Positions 1 to 9,738 of a stretch of 36,787 bases of DNA are shown one piece after another. This stretch comes from Reclinomonas americana ATCC 50394 (Eukaryota), in the NCBI GenBank assembly GCA_048213135.1, contig PS015042.1, forward strand, positions 54,242 to 91,028, read 5' to 3'. Position numbers and translations under genes: made by a program. Every line of letters begins with the position of its first letter. Positions within the stretch are counted from its first letter, which is position 1. Below the pieces are notes generated by a model. The model did no database searches, had not been told where the DNA came from, and saw only the letters and a list, made by a program, of their open reading frames with translations.

Positions 1-56
1 TCTCTCTCTCTCTCTCTCTCTCTCTCCCCGGCTAATCGTGATTGTTGCGCCTGCAG

Positions 57-899
57 ACCGTCACCAACAGTACCTTTACCTCCAACCTTGCCGGTTTTAA
101 TGGCAACGGAGGTGCTGTCCTTGCCCCATCCGGCAGTGTCATTCTACGCTCACATGCCGTGCACCGCAGGTCATGGTGCGAGCAACACCCTCAGCGCAAG
201 CTCATACTCTGGAGGTGGCGCGGTATGGACATTTATGCAGGCTGGTGGAAACCAGGTTTGACCACTGTGCTGCATTTGTCTCCTTTCTCTTCGTGCCTGA
301 GAAACTCTCTGTGCGGCAGACATTCACCGGCTGTACGTACTCCAAAAACGTGGCAAACAACAACGGCGTCGGTGGTACGTGGTGCTGTCGTGTGCTCTCT
401 CCTGCACTTGGCCGGTGACCGCTTCGTGCAGGCAATTCGCCAACTACGGGATCGAGTTCTGCCAACAATATAGGTGGTGGTGCCGTATGGTCGTACTTCC
501 TGCATGGAATCGGGCTTCAGGTGCTGTGTTTTGTACATGATTGCCGTGTATACTTTCTGTGTCGTGTGCTGACAACGTCGTAAACAGGCGGTGGGCAACT
601 GTACGTTCACCGACAACACTGCAAGCTACAACGCCGGCGGGGGTGAGGAAACTCGTGTCCATTGTGGCGACTGTGCAACTCATCTTTCGTTCCAGGCGTT
701 GCCGACAATGCCAATAGTTCCGGATTTGCTGTGGGCGGTGGAGCGCTGTGGTCCAATTTTGAGGTGGACGGCAGCAGTCAGGTGAGTTCGCTGTCGACTT
801 GGATGACATGCGCGCTCCAATCACCTTACTGTGTGCGTACAGACGCTCGGCACCTGCGTTTTCTCCAACAACGCGGCAAGCAGCAACACGAATGGAGGT
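57..899 (+). CDS. Micro-exon segment of a Pmp-like GGA/FxxN repeat protein; probably the continuation of the minus-strand gene at 1050-6512 on a flipped contig
   Basis: Short AG|exon|GT exons encode TVTNSTFTSNLAGFNGNG, GGGAVWSY, AVGNCTFTDNTASYNAG, GGGALWSNF and TLGTCVFSNNAASSNTNG. No start or stop; runs into the N gap at 900. Confidence 0.75.
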
Positions 900-1049
900 N
901 NNNNNNNNNNNNNNNNNNNNNNNNNNNNNNNNNNNNNNNNNNNNNNNNNNNNNNNNNNNNNNNNNNNNNNNNNNNNNNNNNNNNNNNNNNNNNNAGGCAG
1001 TAAGAATCCCATCTCACGCGCGCACAAAGAAAGGGCCACAGCATCTTAC

Positions 1050-4000
1050 CTGCGAACCGCCATTGATGATGGCTAAATACACTGCACCGCCTCCATTCAT
1101 GCCGCCGCTGGCATTCGCCGTCACACCAGATCCGCCTGCAACAAGTTACATCACAAGCATCAGCGGGCACGCACAGAATAACAAAGGAAGGCGAAGGAGA
1201 ATAACACGAAACCGCCGTTTGCATTGCTGTTGGCCGAGTTGGCAGTAAATGTACAATTGGTCATTGTCTGCGAGGAACGCATTAGCGAAGGGGGTATGCT
1301 TCAATCATGCCAAATGGACGAGTCGACGCACCTGACTGCCGCCGCTGCCGACTACTGCCCACAATGCGCCGCCTCCAGTGCTGCTACCGGAGCTGCTGGA
1401 ATCACCGGACGCTACGTGCATGGCAGTTTCCTTCATTCAACAAATCCACTAACTGTGCAGGAGAAGGACAATGAACGAACCTCCTGCAGCGCCGCCCTTG
1501 CCGTTACCGTTGGCAGAGTTGCTCGCAAAACTGCAACTCGACATGGCCTGCTTGCGGTGAGCCACCATTTCATCACACAAACATGGGAGTGAAGGCGGGA
1601 ACTCACCAGCGTGCCGGAACCGCTTACAAAGGTCCACATTGCTCCGCCACCCATGTTGGTTGCGGAGCTCGGTGACGCGCTGCTACCGGCTCCTGCAGGG
1701 CGGTGAGTATGCCGTCACCCGCGTGAGTTTCTTTTCACATTGACGCATACCTGCACATCCGTTGCCATTGGCCACGTTGCTCGTGAACGCATTCCCGCTG
1801 AGCGACTGCATACAACAGAATGTGAACTAAAGCTGGAGAGGGAGAAAAAGGGGGAAGATAGTAATCACCTGACTTCCGCCGCTCGCGTAAAACACCCACG
1901 CGGCACCACCACCAGCATTACTGCCGCGGCTAGCAGCAGAACCTCCAGCCGTGCCTTCAATGTATAAGTGAGCGAGGGGATGAGGCGGAGGGAGAGGGAG
2001 GGAAAGAGAGAGGGAGGGGGTGAAAGGGAAGGACGGGAAAGAGAGAGAGAGGAGGGGGGGAGGGAGGGAAGGGACGGGGGGAAAGAGAGAGGAGGGGGAG
2101 GGAAGAGAGAGGAAGAGAGAGAGGGACAGGGAAGAAGACGGACAGAGGCAGAAAANNNNNNNNNNNNNNNNNNNNNNNNNNNNNNNNNNNNNNNNNNNNN
2201 NNNNNNNNNNNNNNNNNNNNNNNNNNNNNNNNNNNNNNNNNNNNNNNNNNNNNNNNNNNNNNNNNNNNNNNNNNNNNNNNNNNNNNNNNNNNNNNGACGA
2301 CGAGAGAGGGAGGAGACGACGACGAACGAAGAGAGAGAGTAGTAGAAGAGAGAGAGAGAGAGAGAGAGAGAGGGATGGAGAGGGAAGCAAACAGACAGAC
2401 AGCCTGAAAAGATACACGTCTGCAGATTAGCACACGCAGCGTCCTCCGATATGTGCACGCGAGAGAAAGAGAGAGTAAGAGGACGCACCTCCATTGGCAT
2501 TGCTGCTGGCCATATTATTCGCAAACGTGCAATTGGTGATTGACTGCAGACAGCGAGAGTCAATCGCAGTCTGGCAAGTCGACAGCAACACTCGCACACA
2601 CTCACGCACCTGGGTGCTGCCATTGGCGGTGAAATAAACTGACAAGGCGCCGCCGCCGTTGTTGCCTCCCGCACTGTCAGCGACGCCACTTGGCAAGTCT
2701 GGGCCATTACTGTCAACTCCCAAGTTATATATCGGTGACACGCATTCCAACTCAACTGGCTGCGACCGATCCTCCATTTCCATTGCTACTGGCGGTGTTG
2801 CTATTGAACAGCGAATTGCTAACCATCTGCCTCGATGGAGAGTGCACATGAGCGCTCGCATCTTTCAATCCACAACGCCCACGCATGCACACACACGGAC
2901 CTGCGAGCCGGTAGCAGAATACGACACCCAGATGGCTCCTCCGCCGCTGTACGCTCCGGCGCTGGTGGCGCTGGTGGTGCTCGTCCCTGCTTGCAGTGGT
3001 CAGTAACTGTGCCGGCGATGAAATATGCTATGCGCAATCACCTCCACTCGCATTCCCATTAGCCGTGTTGCTGGCAAACGATGAGCCTCCCACGGTCTGT
3101 GCAGTCGTCAGCGAGAGATGAATTAAGGAAGAGAGGGAGCAGGAGAGAGACCTGAACGCCATTTCCGTTGAACCACACCCACAACGCGCCGCCACCCATG
3201 TTTGTGGCCTGACTGACAGCCGCCACCCCATTTCCTACAACCGCTGTCAGCACGCGAACGATGAAACCAACACAATTGAGCACACAGTCCACCTCCATTG
3301 CCATTTCCGTTTGCTGCATTGCCGGTAAACACGCTGTTGCTAATCGTCTGCGACCGTCGTGAGAATAAAGCAAAAGCGTGAGCAGAGAGACACCTATCAA
3401 AACGCATCGCACCTGCTGTGCATTGCCGCCAAAATAGGCCAGCAGCGCACCGCCACCAGCGCCATTCGCGGACGACAGCGCACTCTGTGATACAGCGTTG
3501 CCACTGCCACCACATGCATTCCCAGAGGCGGCGTTGCCGACAAACGTGGAATTCGTGACCTTTGGCGCGGTCAGAAAGAGTGGAAACAATGCGGGCGATC
3601 TTTGTCACTCACCGATTGAGAGGCAGCGGCTGCAAACGGTGCAAACGAGACCCAGATGGCGCCACCGCCCGACGGACTGGTCGGCACGAGCATGGTCCCC
3701 ACGGCGTCGCCCGATGCGGCGTTCGAATTGCCGCCCAGGGCATTGCCATGAGCGACATTGCTGCGAAACGTGCTGCCGGTGATCTGCAGCATGATATTGA
3801 AGAGTGAGAACTGCCCCACAAGTATGCCCATGATCGAGACGGAAACACAACAAGCACCCGGCAAGACACACCTGCATCGAAGCCACGCCATTCACCCACA
3901 CGCCACCACCACCGCAGCTGAACCCTGAGTCGCCGGTGCCCGTGGTGCCACTGCCGCCTATGCAGCAATCGCTGGCCGCATTGTTCACAAACGTGGAATA

Positions 4001-6512
4001 CAGAACCTACAACCACGACACTCAGCACCGCAAACACTCCCTCCGACTCCACCACCACCGTCTCCCGCACACGCAACATCCAGCGCGGCACTGGTGACCG
4101 AGATCGGAGCCGAGATCCACACGGCACCACCGCCCGCAAACTGCCCTCCATTGGCGCTGGTGGCTCCGCCCAGCAGCGCGCACGGCTGACCACTGCATTG
4201 CACTCCGGAGGCGCTCAACGTCACCATGTTGCCGACAAACGTCGAATTCGACAACGTGACACCGCTGGCGTTCAAGATAAACATGGCTCCGCCGCCGACA
4301 TTGCTGGCGCCGTTGGGAGACACCGACAAGTCTCCGTTGCCGCACTGCGAGACGGTGTTGTTGGTCCACGTGCCGAGCGTGTCGCTCACCGTGGCTGCGC
4401 CGACCGAGGAAATGTACACGGCGCCGCCACCAGTGTTCGCGTTCGCCAAGAGCGATGCCACGTTGCGCAGAAACACGCAGCGAGAGGCGGTGAAGCCGAG
4501 GTTTCCGCTGGACGACACAAACACTGCACCGCCGCCGGCCTTGCCGCTGGAGAGTGCCGTCGAGCCGGATCCGACCACCATATTGTCGGTGAAGTTGGAC
4601 GAGGAGAGCGACACGAGAGCGTCGGCCGGCAGTTGCGCCAGCGACACGGCGGCACCGGACGCATCGGTGCCGCGCTTCACGCAGTCGGAGAACGCAGAGC
4701 CACTGACACTGACGGCAGCGAATCGACCGACTACCGAGAGTGCCGACGAGGCCACCGAGCGCACGTGCGAAAACGTACTGCCGGTCACCGTCAGCGAGGC
4801 GGGAGCGGTGGTGGCGGCGGCCGTGGCATCCAACAGCACGGTGCTGTTGGTGAACTGGCAGTCGGCAATCGAAACCTGCGCCGACGCCATTGTCGTCGAT
4901 GTCCAGGATACGACGGGCACGGCGGCCGAGGTGCTGGTGAAAGTGAGACCGCTGAGCGACAGCTGCGACGATTGTTGCACGGAGAGCGCGCCAAAGGTGG
5001 AGGCGGAGAGCGTGGCCGAGGCGGTGGTGGATTGGATGGTTACGTTGTGGCCTGTGAGTAGGGAGAAGGGAGGGGGAGGGAAGGGAGGGGAGATAGAAGG
5101 GAAGGGAGAATGATGAGGGAGAGAGAGGGGGGAGGGAAAGGGAGGGCAAAAGGGGGAAGCGAGAAGGAGGAGAGGGGAAGGGAGGGGAAGGGAGAGGAAG
5201 GAAGGGAAGAAAGGAAGGAAGCGGAAGGAACAAGATGACACGAGAGAGAGCGATAGAGAGGAGGAGGAGGAGGAGGAGGAAGATGAGAAAGAGGACAAGA
5301 ACGAGACAAGATGAGACGGGAGGAGGTGGTGTTGGTAGTGGGTGAAAGAGAGAGTGGCGAAAAGAAGGAGAGAGCAGGATGACGAAGGGATTGAGAGCGG
5401 GGAGACACTGATCGACAGGGTAGGAGAGCAGCGAATGAGGAAAAGGAAGAGGACAAGGAGAGGAGGAGGAGGAGAAGGAGCAGGAGGATGACAAGGATGT
5501 AAGGCAGCATGACAGGAATACTGCATACATGGAGACAGAAAGTGCCGGTATTGGTGGTGGGTGAAAGAGAGAGCGATGGATGAGAATGTAGGAGAGAGAA
5601 GGATGAAGAAGGGAGTGAGAGAGAGCGGGGAGAGACTGAGCGGCAGGAATGGAGAGCAGCGAATGAGGAGAGGAAGTGGAGGAGGAGGAGTCGAGGAAGA
5701 GGAAGGCGATGACTCAAGACGTGATGGCGACAAGATTGGAATGCATACATGGAGACAGGAGGCGGAGGTGTCGGTGGTACAGGGTGGCGAGAGAGAAGGA
5801 GAGAGCAGGAACCCAGATGATAGAGAATGCGCGCGGCCTTGAGAGGGATGATGAGGAAAAATGAGAAGAAGGAGAGAAGAAAGATGAGGAGGAAGGGGAA
5901 GATAATGGAAATGGAGACGACGAGACGGAAACATGAGAGAGAGAAAGAGATCGCGATCGCAAACACCCAGAGGAACGCAAAATACACGTGCCGTGCGTGA
6001 ATAAGCAACAAAGACGAAAGCGCGTGACACATAATCACGCACGAAAACCAACAGCGCAATTCACGAACAGAACACACGCCCGGAATGACACAATCAATCA
6101 TTCCCGCCTCACACTCACCAGTGACCACCAGCTGTCGTCCACTCAGCGTCACATCATACACCCCCGCCTGCATTGTCACCAACAGCGACCACGTCGGTGA
6201 ATCGGCCGCAAATCCGCGCTGAACACACGACGCCATTGCCGCAGAGAATGCACATGCAGGGTCGCTCGTTGCCGGGTCACCGCATGGAGTGCTAGTGGTG
6301 CCTGCGGGTGCCACAAGCACTGATGCACGTGCAAGCGAGTTAGACAATGATGCATGCTCTTGCTCTCTCTTGCTCTCTCGTTCACTCTGTGTACCTTCAC
6401 ACACTGTGCTGGCGGTGAGCGGTGATGGTGGCCGCCTCTGTGCGTCGACACTGAGCATGCACACTGTGGCGCAGGCGAGGAGGGCCAGGAGAAGAGAGGT
6501 GAGTGGCCTCAT
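1050..6512 (-). CDS. Secreted or surface protein with polymorphic-membrane-protein-like GGA[VIL]/FxxN repeats (predicted right-handed beta-helix); multi-exon, 3' part incomplete
   Basis: ATG at 6512 opens a signal-peptide-like MRPLTSLLLALLACATVCMLSVDA. A large exon (~5050-4078) has FTDN..GGGAVF, FLRN..GGGAVY and FVGN..GGGAVW. Many ~50-100 nt exons follow with the same motifs, the last ending GGGAVYLAIINGGSQ|gt at 1050. Confidence 0.8.
5290..5770. repeat. Degenerate ~220-bp purine-rich direct repeat in a Pmp-like gene intron
   Basis: GTGGGTGAAAGAGAGAG at ~5338/5558, GGAGAGCAGCGAATGAGG twice, GCATACATGGAGACAG at ~5523/5743. Confidence 0.7.
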
Positions 6513-7280
6513 CTTTACCCCGTTGCCGCTGCCTGTGCGCGGAGAGTGTGTGCGTGAGTGTGTGTTGCGATGCGCGCGATCACAGAGGGTGTGCACTGTG
6601 CGCACACACACACACGGAGGGTTGTGATGACGTTCAGAGATGAATTTTACGCGCTTTATGAATACTGGGCGTGATGCATGTCGTTCACCACCACTATTGG
6701 GTGTCTGTGCTTGTGCAGCAAGGAGGTGATGATTGCTCGCTTGCGTGGAGACGGCGGCCTCTCAGTTCTTTGGAGAAATGTTCGGGTATGTTACTCAATA
6801 TTACGAGCGAGTATATTCGTGTGTATTGGCAGCAGAAAGCCATTGTCTGGGTATGCTACACAGTGAGCGCGGACTCTCCAAGGCAGTGGCTGTTATCCGG
6901 TGAAGGCGTGAGGCTGTTTATTGAGGATCGATAAATCCAATATCAGCGCTGCGTTCGACAGGCTGCTCAAAAAGGGACAATGTTGGGCTGCGTTAGAATG
7001 CGCCAGGACTCGGCTAACCAGCTGTTCTGGCAGTGGCCGTTTCTCGTGCCTGAGGATCCTTTTCCCATGCGTCGATGTGCGCATGCCCAGAATTTGAGTG
7101 ATCGAAAGACAATTCAAAAGCAGCTGTGCCTTCGGTATGGAAGGTGTACCCGGGCTTTCCTCGCGAGCTGCTGTGACTTCTTGACAACTGCAAGGCCGTA
7201 TAGGGCTGCAGATCCGGATCGATATCAATCGAGTAACATGCAATTGCAAATGCGGAATTACTAAAGTATACATCACAGAT

Positions 7281-7305
7281 CACACAAGCAGATGCTGCTT
7301 GTGTG
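7281..7305. promoter_or_regulatory. Perfect 11-bp stem hairpin ~110 nt upstream of the NAA10 ATG (function unknown)
   Basis: CACACAAGCAG-ATG-CTGCTTGTGTG. Confidence 0.35.
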
Positions 7306-7415
7306 GAGAGTTACAAAGTACGTGCAGTGGAAGGCGACATCCGACCTCTTCCATGCTGTCTCTCTGGTGAATTTTCATTCTGCCTTGACTTTTTTTCGAG
7401 TTCAGTGTGTGAAAC

Positions 7416-7545
7416 ATGGTCAACATTCGTCGCGCTGTGGTCTCCGACCTGATTGACATGCAAGACTGCAACTTGAGCTGCTTGCCTGAGAACTACCATC
7501 TCAAGTACTACATGTTGCGTGAAGGAGAGAATGAGTGTTTGTGTG

Positions 7546-7592
<47 letters not shown>

Positions 7593-9438
7593 TCTGTGCT
7601 GTGTCTCTCTCTCTCTTCTGCACTATTCCTACCTTGTCTGTCTTGTACGGCCAAGGCGGATGGTACGGTACAGCGAGGGGAGGGGGGAAGGGAAAGGGAC
7701 GGGACGAAAAGGGGAAGCGAAGGAAGGAGGNNNNNNNNNNNNNNNNNNNNNNNNNNNNNNNNNNNNNNNNNNNNNNNNNNNNNNNNNNNNNNNNNNNNNN
7801 NNNNNNNNNNNNNNNNNNNNNNNNNNNNNNNNNNNNNNNNNNNNNNNNNNNNNNNNNNNNNNNNNNNNNNNNNNNNNNNNNNNNNNNNNNNNNNNNNNNN
7901 NNNNNNNNNNNNNNNNNNNNNNNNNNNNNNNNNNNNNNNNNNNNNNNNNNNNNNNNNNNNNNNNNNNNNNNNNNNNNNNNNNNNNNNNNNNNNNNNNNNN
8001 NNNNNNNGAGAGAGAGAGATGTCTGTGCTGTGTCTCTCTCTCTCTCTTGCACATTCACCTTGTCTGCTTGTGTGAGAGAGAAGGGAGATGAACGTGCACT
8101 CGTGTGTGCATTGCATCATCACATTGTGATTGTCGGAGTCCACAGTCAATCACACACTCTCTTCTTCCTTCTCTTCCTCTCTCTACCTCTCTCTCTCTCT
8201 TCTGCCTCTCTCGCACTTCGCCTTCCTCTCTCTTTGTCTCTCAAGTACGCACTCTCACTCTTCAACTTGCATGATGCGCCTCTTCTTTCTCGCATTCTTG
8301 CCGTTGCCCTGTTCCATCCCGTCCCTCTCTCTTAAACACACACACACACGTACTCTCTCTCTCTCTCTCGCCCGCTCTCTCAAGCACACTCACCCTGCAA
8401 GTTGCACAAGCCTGTGCTGTCCTGCTCTTCTCCACTTTCTTTCTTTCTCTCTCTCTCTCAAGCACACGCCAGTCATCTTCACCTTCCACGATTCTCCTCC
8501 TCCTCCTCCTCCTCCTCCTCCTCCTCCTCCTCCTCCTCTCTCTCTCTCTCTCTCTCTCTCAAGCACACGCGCGGTCACCTTCACCTTCCATGATTCTCCT
8601 CCCTTTGTCTCGCCCTTGCTCTCATTCCCTCGCCCCTCTCCTTCTCTCTCACACACTCTCCCTCCTCCTCCCTCCCCTTCCCTCCCTCCCACCCAGGTAC
8701 CACACCCTCTCCTGGCCGCAGCTCGGCTACGTGGCCGAGGAAGAGGACGGCCGCATTGTCGGCTACGTGCTGGCCAAGATGTTGCGCCACTCCCCCTCCT
8801 CCTCCTCCACTCCCCTCTCGTTCTCCTCCTCACACTTCTCGCTTCACAGGGACGAGGAGTCGGCGAGTCCGCCCCACGGCCACATCACCTCACTCTCGGT
8901 GCTGCGTTCGCACCGCAAGCTGGGTCTGGCGCGTTCGTTGATGACGAATGCGGAGCGCGAGATGCGCGACGGCTTCGAGTCGCTGTATGTGTCGCTTCAT
9001 GTGCGCGAGTCGAACCGCGCTGCAGTGCATCTGTACTCGCAGACACTTGGATTCCAGTTGCGTGTGAGGGAGGGGGTAGTATAGAGAAGGTGTCGCAGAA
9101 CAGAAGGGTTGTGGGTCGCACACCATGTTCTCACTTGTCATATATAGAGTGGAGGACGTGGAGAAGAAGTACTACGCCGACGGCGAGGACGCGTACGACA
9201 TGCGCAAGCGACTGGCGTTGCGTGCCATCCACCCCGCTCGTCTCTACCTCCTCTTCAAACTCACTCGCATTCCCTGTGTGCGTCAAACAGAGCAAGCGCC
9301 GCGTTTACTCGTCGGCATCCAGACAAGGCGCGAGAGATTGAGGAGCACATCACGTCCGCGTTACCGGGCATCAAGGCGAAGACGAGGGAGTTCCTGGCCG
9401 GTAGTACGGAACGCACGCGGCACTTTATAACTACCTGA
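7416..9438 (+). CDS. NAA10: N-alpha-acetyltransferase 10 (NatA catalytic subunit, ARD1), 5 exons
   Basis: Spliced translation [101 protein letters not shown]. Introns start at 7514, 8781, 9057 and 9217; TGA at 9436-9438. Confidence 0.95.
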
Positions 9439-9706
9439 ACACGTACCACACCGTGAACAGCAGGCAGAGCGCGACCACGGTGGCTATGACAATGAGGTCG
9501 CGCTTCTTGTAGCGGCGAATGCGCTCTAGAACTTTTCCAATGGACGGCATACTTGCTGCGATGCGAGGGGGAATTGAGGGGAAATGAGGGAGGGAGGGGG
9601 TGAGGGAGGGGAGAAGGGATATAGGAGAGAAGAGGTGCCTGCCACTGCTCTTGCTGACAGAGAGAGACCAATTGCAGTCAGAGCGGACGAGCGAGCGTGC
9701 TAGCGA

Positions 9707-9738
<32 letters not shown>

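Noticed and set aside
3985-6611. Long 500-690 aa ORFs in the six-frame track
   Set aside because: They read through stop-poor CT/GA intronic microsatellite; only the exon portions code.
6671-7283. Short ORFs between the Pmp-like gene and NAA10
   Set aside because: No recognisable motif or convincing exon-intron structure; treated as intergenic or promoter sequence.
7575-8050. Identical GAGAGATGTCTGTGCTGTGTCTCTCTCTCTCTT on both sides of an N gap, a possible LTR or TSD
   Set aside because: Better explained as a local tandem repeat collapsed at the gap; no element features.
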